Shown: positions 36,735 through 43,823 of the stretch, piece after piece | Layout: each line of letters opens with the position of its first letter | Position numbering within the stretch: position 1 is the first letter of the stretch | NCBI GenBank assembly: GCA_026395995.1 | Contig: JAPLXQ010000013.1 | Span: forward strand, 1-52,041 | Source: Candidatus Nomurabacteria bacterium | Lineage (GTDB): Bacteria > Patescibacteriota > Minisyncoccia > Phycocordibacterales > UBA9973 | Direction: 5' to 3' | DNA length: 52,041 bases | Program-made: the position numbers and the translations under genes | The notes under the pieces: model-generated | What the model was told of the DNA's origin: nothing | Databases searched by the model: none | Seen by the model: the letters and a program-made list of their open reading frames with translations, nothing else

Positions 36735-36837
36735 TGGGAGCTAAGCGGGAGTCGAAAGCCGGAGGCGGTCGTGCCGAGGTGGGGTAGCGGAATTTTTCAG
36801 TAGAAAAATATCTGTGACCGATGACTCATCTCCCAGC
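36735..36837 (+). repeat. GC-rich structured element ending in a 10-bp copy of the tRNA-Gln 3' end
   Basis: Nested pairings TGGGAG/CTCCCA, GAGTC/GACTC, CGGTC/GACCG and ATTTTTC-agta-GAAAAAT; ATCTCCCAGC at 36828-36837 equals 35520-35529. Confidence 0.7.
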
Positions 36838-36868
36838 TATTGCTTTTTAATCTGAAGTATTGTAATAT

Positions 36869-36960
36869 AAAACTAATTTCGTACTTTGAAAATAGGTTTT
36901 TTGTTATGGATTTTTGTGTTTCCCCTGCTTCTTTATGGAGGTGGAGGAAACACAAATAAT
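36869..36960 (+). repeat. Conserved structured 5' leader, copy 2
   Basis: Direct repeat of 35561-35652; follows TTGCTT-17-TAATAT. Confidence 0.88.
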
Positions 36961-36983
36961 TAACTTAGCAATAAAACAAAAAA

Positions 36984-37244
36984 ATGAAAAAGGGAAACTT
37001 TAAGAAATTATCAAGAAGAAACCGAATAATTATTGGTTTATTATGTTTAGGGTATGTACTCTTTATCGGAGTACTATACTTTCTATGTTCAAAAGAGGAA
37101 CTTGCAAAAGCTAGCTGGGGTTTCACCACATTCGTATATTGGCTATTTGTTAGTCTTATGTGGTTTGGAATAAAAATGGAGCCGGTTTTTAATGGAGCAG
37201 TTAAAGTTTTAGTCGAAGAAACAGCAAAACAACTAAAAGAATAA
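36984..37244 (+). CDS. Small two-TM hypothetical protein
   Basis: 86-aa ORF after leader copy 2 and before a terminator. Confidence 0.75.
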   Translation: MKKGNFKKLSRRNRIIIGLLCLGYVLFIGVLYFLCSKEELAKASWGFTTFVYWLFVSLMWFGIKMEPVFNGAVKVLVEETAKQLKE

Positions 37245-37275
37245 CAAAAAAAAATCAGATTAAATCAAACAAAAT

Positions 37276-37300
37276 CTCTACAGAAATGTAGAGCTTTTTT
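37276..37300 (+). terminator. Intrinsic terminator
   Basis: CTCTACA-gaaa-TGTAGAG followed by a T-run. Confidence 0.75.
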
Positions 37301-37420
37301 ATTTGTCTTTTAATAAAAAAAATAATTAAATCATTTAAAATGACTAGTAATAATAAAGACTAAATACGGCTATTTAAGCTTGCAATATATAAATAAAATG
37401 AGATTTGCGAGTTTTCCCCC

Positions 37421-37468
37421 TTGACTCGAAAACATTACGGGTATATAGTGTACTTATTACAATAAGTA
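37421..37468 (+). promoter_or_regulatory. pnuC-nadR promoter with a palindrome over the predicted start site
   Basis: TTGACT-17-TATAGT followed by TACTTATT-ac-AATAAGTA. Confidence 0.55.
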
Positions 37469-37481
37469 ACTTATAAATATT

Positions 37482-38180
37482 ATGAAATACACAAAAATAA
37501 AGAGATTGTTAGGGACAAAGAGTGAACACATTGAAGGGGCAAAAGTAGCAGTACTCATGCTATTAGCTACAGTCGCATATGAGCTATTATCAAGACATTT
37601 CATTCCAGACTACCATTTTAATATGTGGGAGTTTATCGGGACATGGACAGGCCTTATCTGTGTTTGGCTTTCTCGTACTACAAACATCCTCTGCTGGCCT
37701 TGGGGAATAATAAGTTCAGCAGCACTCGGTATATTCTTTAGTCAAATAGGTTTACCTGGTCAACAATGGCTAAACTGGGGATACTTCGTAGTAATTCAAT
37801 TATGGGCTTGGCCACACTGGGCATTTGGTGGCAAAGAAAAAGACGATCTTCCAGTTACAGTACTATCATTGAAAGCAAGAATTCTCACAATACTTGCTAC
37901 CCTCTTGAGCACAGTAGCTATTTATTCACTCATAGATGTTTTTGTTCCAGGTTCTTCATATCCTTGGATGGATGCTCTGGTTGTATCAGCAAGTATCATT
38001 GCGCAATATTTACTAGGACAAAAAAAGGTCGAGAGTTGGATACTATGGCTCGGACCAGTAAATATGATCTCAATCGTTCTGTTCTTTTTGACAGGCGCAT
38101 ACACACTCACTGCTTTGTATATCGCCTTCTTTATTCACGCTGCTTTTGCTCTAAATAAGTGGGCAAAAGTTAATAAATAA
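37482..38180 (+). CDS. pnuC: Nicotinamide riboside transporter PnuC
   Basis: CVWL...WPWGI, P..DA....SIIAQYLL..KKVESWILW motifs; adjacent to nadR. Confidence 0.9.
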   Translation: MKYTKIKRLLGTKSEHIEGAKVAVLMLLATVAYELLSRHFIPDYHFNMWEFIGTWTGLICVWLSRTTNILCWPWGIISSAALGIFFSQIGLPGQQWLNWGYFVVIQLWAWPHWAFGGKEKDDLPVTVLSLKARILTILATLLSTVAIYSLIDVFVPGSSYPWMDALVVSASIIAQYLLGQKKVESWILWLGPVNMISIVLFFLTGAYTLTALYIAFFIHAAFALNKWAKVNK

Positions 38181-38186
38181 AAATAT

Positions 38187-39173
38187 ATGTTTAACAAAGG
38201 AATCGTTATTGGAAAATTTTATCCACCTCACCTAGGACACAAGTATCTCATTGATACTGCAAAATCTCAGTGCGAACAACTCACAGTGATAGTATGTTGG
38301 AAAAAATCACAATTAATATCTGGCGTAGAAAGAGCTCGTTGGATACAAGAAATTCATCCTGATGTTCAAGTAAAACTCCTAGACGATGATAGGCTTACAG
38401 ATGATGATTCAGAAGGATGGGCAAAAAATACTTTAGATGTCCTCGGCTTTACTCCTGATGCAGTATTTACATCTGAAGCATACGGCGATCCATACGCATC
38501 TTTTATGGGTTGTGTTCATGTACTCGTAGACAAAGAACGCACTCACCTCCCTATCTCAGCGACAATGGTACGAAGTAATCCCATGAAATATGTAAAGTTT
38601 TTAGAGCCATGTGTTCGTGCATCATTTGCACGTCGTGTATGTGTATTGGGCGCTGAATCAACAGGGACAACTACCTTAGCAATGGATTTAGCAAAACATT
38701 ATCATACAACATGGATACCTGAATATGGTAGATTTTATTCAGAAGGAAAAATATTTGGAGACGAAAATGCAGAATGGAGAACTGATGAATTTATTAAAAT
38801 AGCAAAAGCACAAGGTGTACTCGAAGATTCACTAACAGAAGATTCAAATGGTTTAGTTATTTGTGATACAGATGCTTTTGCTACGAGTATTTGGCACGAG
38901 AGATATATGGGTAGCCGTTCACCTCAAGTCGAAGCCATCGCTGCCCGAAGGAAATATGATTTATATATTTTAACTGGAGACGAGATTCCTTTCGTACAAG
39001 ATGGAACAAGAGACGGCGAACATATTCGTCATGACATGCACAAGAGATTTATTGAGAGACTAAATGAAGATCACAAAAAATATATTATAGTATCTGGAAG
39101 CAAAGAGGAACGTTTAAAGAAAGCTATAGCAGCTATTGATACTATTGAAGCAAACGTAGTAGACAATGTATAG
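38187..39173 (+). CDS. nadR: NadR-type NMN adenylyltransferase / ribosylnicotinamide kinase without HTH
   Basis: GKFYPPHLGH, ISATMVR, GAESTGTTT, PEYGR, ICDTD and DGTRDG motifs. Confidence 0.92.
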   Translation: MFNKGIVIGKFYPPHLGHKYLIDTAKSQCEQLTVIVCWKKSQLISGVERARWIQEIHPDVQVKLLDDDRLTDDDSEGWAKNTLDVLGFTPDAVFTSEAYGDPYASFMGCVHVLVDKERTHLPISATMVRSNPMKYVKFLEPCVRASFARRVCVLGAESTGTTTLAMDLAKHYHTTWIPEYGRFYSEGKIFGDENAEWRTDEFIKIAKAQGVLEDSLTEDSNGLVICDTDAFATSIWHERYMGSRSPQVEAIAARRKYDLYILTGDEIPFVQDGTRDGEHIRHDMHKRFIERLNEDHKKYIIVSGSKEERLKKAIAAIDTIEANVVDNV

Positions 39174-39199
39174 ATAACAAAATAATTTAATTCTATAAA

Positions 39200-40231
39200 T
39201 TACCCAAGTATTTTTATTATAGCCATTTCGAGTGGTAGTGAGTCTACAAAAGCTCTATCGATATTTTGATAAGCTTCTAGGATTACAGAGAGTTGTCCTG
39301 AGCGGAGCATACCTTCTTTATCGGTTTTCACGAGTTCCTTTAAGAATTCTAAATCCTCTGGAGATAAATCCCCTGACATTTCTTTTTCTAATTTTGGTGC
39401 ATAACGCAGTATCACAGCCATTCTAAATTTTTGAATAATTAACTTTGTGAAAAGTTTCATATCGAGGTTTTCCTCCCCTGCTTTTCGCACAGAAAGTATT
39501 CCTTCTTCAATATTTTTATTTGCTATAGCTGAGAGGAATTCATTTACGAGTGTCGTCTTCGGAGCACCAGTTATTTTTTCTACATCTTCACGAGTGACTT
39601 TTTTACCTGTAGCAAAGTTCAAGACTTTTTGTAAAGCTCCGAGTGCGTCACGAAAAGATCCATCACCGAGTATTGCGATAAGTTCTGCTGAGCCGTTGTC
39701 GAGCGTGTAGCCTTCTTTTTTCGCTACATCTATTAACATATTTTTTAAAATTAAATCACTAGGTTTTTTGAATGTAAAAATCTGACAACGAGAAATAATC
39801 GTATCTGGTACTTTATTTAATTCCGTCGTCGCCATAATAAATATCACATGGTTTGGTGGCTCTTCGAGGGTTTTGAGTAGCGTATTCCAAGAATCTTTAG
39901 TGAACATATGCACCTCATCAAGAATGTAGACTTTGTATTTTGAATCAAAAGGAAGTACACGCACTCCGTCACGAAGTTCACGCACATCATCTACTCCACG
40001 GTTTGAAGCCGCATCTATTTCATAAATATCATTTTCAGACACGCCGATACCACGAGCAAAAATACGGGCTGCGCTAGTCTTCCCCGTGCCTCGAGAACCA
40101 ACAAAGAGGTATGAATGTGAAATCTTGCCGGAGTCTATCGAACTCTGAAGTACACTCGCAATATGCTCCTGTCCGAGCATATCCGCAAAGCTACTTGGTC
40201 TATATTTTCTATATAATGCCAGTTCGATCAT
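39200..40231 (-). CDS. dnaX: DNA polymerase III subunit gamma/tau (short form)
   Basis: LYRKYRP, GQEH, GSRGTGKTS, EIDAASNRGVDD, DEVHM, LLKTLEEPP, SRC and GSFRDA motifs. Confidence 0.96.
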   Translation of the reverse strand: MIELALYRKYRPSSFADMLGQEHIASVLQSSIDSGKISHSYLFVGSRGTGKTSAARIFARGIGVSENDIYEIDAASNRGVDDVRELRDGVRVLPFDSKYKVYILDEVHMFTKDSWNTLLKTLEEPPNHVIFIMATTELNKVPDTIISRCQIFTFKKPSDLILKNMLIDVAKKEGYTLDNGSAELIAILGDGSFRDALGALQKVLNFATGKKVTREDVEKITGAPKTTLVNEFLSAIANKNIEEGILSVRKAGEENLDMKLFTKLIIQKFRMAVILRYAPKLEKEMSGDLSPEDLEFLKELVKTDKEGMLRSGQLSVILEAYQNIDRAFVDSLPLEMAIIKILG

Positions 40232-40265
40232 GGGTCTAGTATATCAGAAAAATTAGGAAAATAAA

Positions 40266-40295
40266 AAAGCCTACAGAATAATTTCTGTAGGCTTT
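40266..40295. terminator. Intrinsic terminator of the 40313-40792 gene
   Basis: AAAGCCTACAGAA-taat-TTCTGTAGGCTTT. Confidence 0.75.
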
Positions 40296-40312
40296 AAATT
40301 TTAGAAAAAAAA

Positions 40313-40792
40313 TCAAGAAAGAAGTGTCGGCTTACCTAATTTTCTAAAAGCTCTCATACATATATCTGGCATATAATGCATGAATAAACCATACCATTCT
40401 TCTTCACCAACCCTTAAAATAAAATCTCCATTTAATTGTTGTATGTCTTGACGATAGTAATTATAGACATCCCAGTCATCACGTATTGGATAAGGAAAGA
40501 ATCTTCTTTTTTTTGTTTCTTTTTCTGATTCATTTTTAATATGTTCTGGTTTTGGAACTTCAATTTCAAAAAAAATTTCATTATCTCGTACACCCTTTCT
40601 GAATTTCTTGTATTGCTCTTTTGGTATATCTTTCAAAAGAGAATACTTAAAAGTAAACGGGTTACCATTAAAACCATCATTATTAAAAACTTGTAATGTT
40701 ATTATTAATTCCCATTTAACATTACCAAAATACGGGTGAATTTCTTCAACATTTTCTTGTTGAGAAATTATTCTTATGTCTTGTTTTTTCAT
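40313..40792 (-). CDS. Hypothetical protein
   Basis: 159-aa ORF with its own TTGACA promoter and terminator. Confidence 0.7.
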   Translation of the reverse strand: MKKQDIRIISQQENVEEIHPYFGNVKWELIITLQVFNNDGFNGNPFTFKYSLLKDIPKEQYKKFRKGVRDNEIFFEIEVPKPEHIKNESEKETKKRRFFPYPIRDDWDVYNYYRQDIQQLNGDFILRVGEEEWYGLFMHYMPDICMRAFRKLGKPTLLS

Positions 40793-40884
40793 TATTAAAA
40801 GTTTTTAAAAGTTAATATTTTGAATATCTAACCGTACAAATTGATCAATTATATCTTAACATTTTTAAAATACTTGTCAAACAT

Positions 40885-40920
40885 ACTCACCACTCATAGC
40901 GATAGCAAAGACTGGTGAGT
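40885..40920. repeat. 36-bp hairpin repeat downstream of the Cas2/PaaX-like gene
   Basis: ACTCACCA-CTCATAGCGATAGCAAAGAC-TGGTGAGT. Confidence 0.88.
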
Positions 40921-40936
40921 CATTATCTAGATTTAC

Positions 40937-41437
40937 TTATTTTTCAATCTTATACGCTTTCGCAAGTTTAAAAGTCTTAATACAATCTTTGAGCTTTATT
41001 GATTCCACATAATTCATAAAATTTTTTGGCAAAGGTGAAGGACCAACCCAGACACTTCGCTGGATCATTACATAATTAAACTTCTTTAAGTGGAAACGGA
41101 ACCATTCCCTCTCCCCCTTTTTGCCTTCTGGTATATCGAACATTACTATTAAATTCTTTGGTGTATCTTTTTTAAATGTATTGGAGAAGACCTGTAAGCT
41201 ATCTTGCTTCTTTTTTATATACTCTTTTCCCTTAGGGGTAATTTTTAAAAACTCGCCATCATTTTCAATAAACTTATTTTTCTTCATTCTTGAAATAGCA
41301 TTCGCAAATGATGTTTTGGAATATTTTTTATTAAAAACAGGCAAACCTAATAAATTTACAGCTACACCACCGTATCTTATATTAGACTTCATAAGTTCTT
41401 CTAGGAAACTTTCAATAATAGATTTATTATTTTTCAT
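40937..41437 (-). CDS. Stand-alone wHTH + Cas2-like (PaaX central domain) protein
   Basis: AISRMKKNKFIE...LKITPKGKEY (winged helix); IVMFDIPE..K..R...R..L.......IQRSVW (Cas2/PaaX-like). Start at ATG 41437. Confidence 0.85.
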   Translation of the reverse strand: MKNNKSIIESFLEELMKSNIRYGGVAVNLLGLPVFNKKYSKTSFANAISRMKKNKFIENDGEFLKITPKGKEYIKKKQDSLQVFSNTFKKDTPKNLIVMFDIPEGKKGEREWFRFHLKKFNYVMIQRSVWVGPSPLPKNFMNYVESIKLKDCIKTFKLAKAYKIEK

Positions 41438-41455
41438 ATATAAAGTATACCACAG

Positions 41456-41491
41456 ACTCACCAATTACTGCTATCGCTAGGAGTGGTGAGT
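41456..41491. repeat. Inverted copy of the 36-bp hairpin repeat, upstream of the Cas2/PaaX-like gene
   Basis: Reverse complement ACTCACCA-CTCCTAGCGATAGCAGTAAT-TGGTGAGT is 31/36 identical to 40885-40920. Confidence 0.88.
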
Positions 41492-41538
41492 CTAAAAAAA
41501 CTATAAATTAAAACAACAAATTTAAAAGGTTATTTATT

Positions 41539-41865
41539 TTAATCTTTCCATCCGCCCTTTTTACGAGCTTCTATTTCAAAAGAATTTTTAAAATATCCAT
41601 TTTTTATAAATTCATATAAATATTTAAAATAAAATTTAAATAATCCTAATTTTTGATATTGTGCCCAATGCACATCTTCGTGTTTTTCTTCCCATGCTTC
41701 AGTAACTTCTTTTCTAACAAAAATACCAAATGGTGGAATGGTCATTCCGCGTCGTGGTTTAGGTAACCATCTTACATATGTAATTTTTGGAATTCTTTTA
41801 ATATTTCTAAAATTAAAAGATAAAATAATTAAAAAAATTATCAGAAAAATAATAAGTATTTTCAT
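41539..41865 (-). CDS. Small exported HExxH protein (minimal zincin-like)
   Basis: N-terminal TM, GMTIPPFGIF, HEDVHWAQ, N.FEIEAR. Confidence 0.7.
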   Translation of the reverse strand: MKILIIFLIIFLIILSFNFRNIKRIPKITYVRWLPKPRRGMTIPPFGIFVRKEVTEAWEEKHEDVHWAQYQKLGLFKFYFKYLYEFIKNGYFKNSFEIEARKKGGWKD

Positions 41866-41872
41866 AAAAATA

Positions 41873-42961
41873 TTATAACATAATCAAAAAACTATTAACT
41901 ATTTTAGCTACTTCGTCCGCATTTTCTGCATCCATAAGTTTTACGCGGAGTTCTTTTGCGCCATCGAAACCGTTGCAATATGCTTTGTAGTGCTTTTTCA
42001 TAATAGCGAAATTTTTGTGTTTACCGAGTAATTCTTCAAAAAGTTTTGTATGCTCTACCATCACGCGCAATTTCTCAGAAATCGAGGGAACGTATTGAGA
42101 AAAGCCTTGCGCAGGCCGACTGGGCCGAGCAGAGAAAATTTTTAGTAAAAAATTATTCGTGCTTTTAGAAATATGTTCCTGAGATTTCTGTTCGCTAAAC
42201 AACCACGGATTCCCAAAAATAGCACGGCCGAGCATTGCTCCGTCGCAACCAGTTTCAAGACATTTTTTCTTTCCATCTTCTAAATTCAAAACATCACCAT
42301 TCCCTATTATCAAAGTCTCCGGTGCTATTTTATCTCGTAGCGCGACGACACTCGGCATCAAATCCCAATGCACTGGCACGAGAGACATTTCTTTCCTAGT
42401 TCTTAAATGCACAGTTAGTACTGCGACTCCTTCTTTTAAAATTTCTGGAATCCAAGTTTCAATTTCATTTTTATTGTAACCAATACGTGTCTTCACTGAT
42501 ATTGGAATATTCGGTGCACCTTCTTTCGCGGCACGGATTATTTCCCGAGCATGAGCTGGATCCTTCATACTAGAAGCTCCTGCGCCCTGTTTTTCAATAC
42601 TTTTATCAGGACAGCCCATATTGATATCTACACCATCAAAACCGAGCTCTGCGCAGAGTTTCGCAGCTTCACGGATGTTATCAGCATTTGAACCGAATAT
42701 TTGTGCCACTATTGGGTGTTCATTTTTCTCAAATTTCAAATCAATTAAAAGTTTCTCCCTAGCATCAGGATGTGCGAGGCCATCTGCTGATACGAACTCG
42801 GTCCAAAATACATCAGGCCCGCCACCTTCTTCTCCTGCCTGCGCAGGCAGGCCATGCCTAGAATATTTCGATATAATCTGACGAAAGGCGCAGTCTGTGA
42901 CATCTGCCATCGGAGCTAATACAAAAAATGGTTTCTTTAATTTTATCCAGAAATTATTCAT
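41873..42961 (-). CDS. dusB: tRNA-dihydrouridine synthase with two in-frame palindromic insertions
   Basis: LAPMADVTD, TEFVS, DINMGCP, SVKTRIG, VHLRT, GNGD and GRAIFGNPW motifs. Confidence 0.93.
   Translation of the reverse strand: MNNFWIKLKKPFFVLAPMADVTDCAFRQIISKYSRHGLPAQAGEEGGGPDVFWTEFVSADGLAHPDAREKLLIDLKFEKNEHPIVAQIFGSNADNIREAAKLCAELGFDGVDINMGCPDKSIEKQGAGASSMKDPAHAREIIRAAKEGAPNIPISVKTRIGYNKNEIETWIPEILKEGVAVLTVHLRTRKEMSLVPVHWDLMPSVVALRDKIAPETLIIGNGDVLNLEDGKKKCLETGCDGAMLGRAIFGNPWLFSEQKSQEHISKSTNNFLLKIFSARPSRPAQGFSQYVPSISEKLRVMVEHTKLFEELLGKHKNFAIMKKHYKAYCNGFDGAKELRVKLMDAENADEVAKIVNSFLIML
42076..42190. repeat. Imperfect palindromic element of about 115 bp inside dus
   Basis: Arms CAGAAATCgagGGAACgTATTgagAAAAGC / GCTTTTagaAATAtGTTCCtgaGATTTCTG; the reading frame stays open. 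Confidence 0.7.
42834..42851. repeat. Perfect 18-bp palindrome inside dus
   Basis: CCTGCCTGCGCAGGCAGG, six codons long, translated around LPAQAG. Confidence 0.8.
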
Positions 42962-42967
42962 CTTTAT

Positions 42968-43822
42968 TTATCGGAATTTGTAGTATATCTTATTCCCAAA
43001 CCTTAAATCAATATAAAGAAGAGAATCATATTTCTTTTGAAAATCAGTATGAAATGGTTCTGTCGTCAAAGCGGCATGCAAATTCTGAATTAATTTATCA
43101 AAATCTGCATCTGGTTTGAAACGAATTTCTGCTCCACTTGAAAGATTTATAACCAAATATCCTTCAGTGTTTAAAAAGAAAGAATTTATTTTTAAATTTA
43201 ATTTTTCTAAATTTTCTTTAAAGGACACTAATCTCATAAAATCATTTTTCAAGAAGTATAGCCCAACAGGATTATTATCTGTATCATCTAAATGCCCATA
43301 GAATTTAAAATATACTCCATCAGAAAAATATGGGGCATTATCAAAAATATAACCATTATCATCTATAAAATAACATCCAGTCGTGGTATCTATAGATATA
43401 GCAGTTTCTCCACAATATAAATATTTTCCATCTCTTTCTTTTACATTTACTTCTAAAATTTTATTACCTTTTAAATCTAGAGAAATATCTATAATTCTTT
43501 TAAATTTATCCATTAAATCATTTTTGATCTTTTTCTCAGGGTAAATGAAACGATTTGAATGTGGTAAAAAATACATATAATTACCAGATAAATCCATCTT
43601 CACAATATTTTCTATGTCTTTAGTCTCAACTATTTTATTACCTGAAATGACTACAGTATCTATATTTATTTTTTTAATTCGAGATAGAAAAATCAAAATT
43701 ATAAAAAAAACCAATACAATAACAGCCCAAAATATTATTTTGTTACGCAATTCTTTACGCCTCTTTTTCTTCAGTTCTTCAACCTTAGGCGAATTTAAAA
43801 TGACTTTTTTTTGAATCATCAA
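42968..43822 (-). CDS. ftsQ: Cell division protein FtsQ/DivIB-like
   Basis: Basic N-terminus, single TM, POTRA-like I..V.ISGN...V.ER, C-terminal YIDLRFGNK. Confidence 0.75.
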   Translation of the reverse strand: MMIQKKVILNSPKVEELKKKRRKELRNKIIFWAVIVLVFFIILIFLSRIKKINIDTVVISGNKIVETKDIENIVKMDLSGNYMYFLPHSNRFIYPEKKIKNDLMDKFKRIIDISLDLKGNKILEVNVKERDGKYLYCGETAISIDTTTGCYFIDDNGYIFDNAPYFSDGVYFKFYGHLDDTDNNPVGLYFLKNDFMRLVSFKENLEKLNLKINSFFLNTEGYLVINLSSGAEIRFKPDADFDKLIQNLHAALTTEPFHTDFQKKYDSLLYIDLRFGNKIYYKFR

Positions 43823-43823
43823 T

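Noticed and set aside
36639-36795. Minus-strand frame ending ...PLLTVWDDVGTELLRGKG* as a recombinase remnant
   Set aside because: Short, bounded by an upstream stop and without any catalytic motif; not supportable without a search.
17035-37293. Near-identical hairpins CTCTACAG(T/A)AATGTAGAG at 17035 and 37276 as a repeat family
   Set aside because: Both follow stop codons and have T-tails, so intrinsic terminators explain them.
31956-37300. Prophage or integrative element at tRNA-Gln
   Set aside because: No integrase, structural, replication or conjugation genes are present.
40885-41491. CRISPR-Cas locus, suggested by a Cas2-like gene and 36-bp repeats
   Set aside because: Only two repeats, inverted and separated by a gene; no spacers and no other cas genes.
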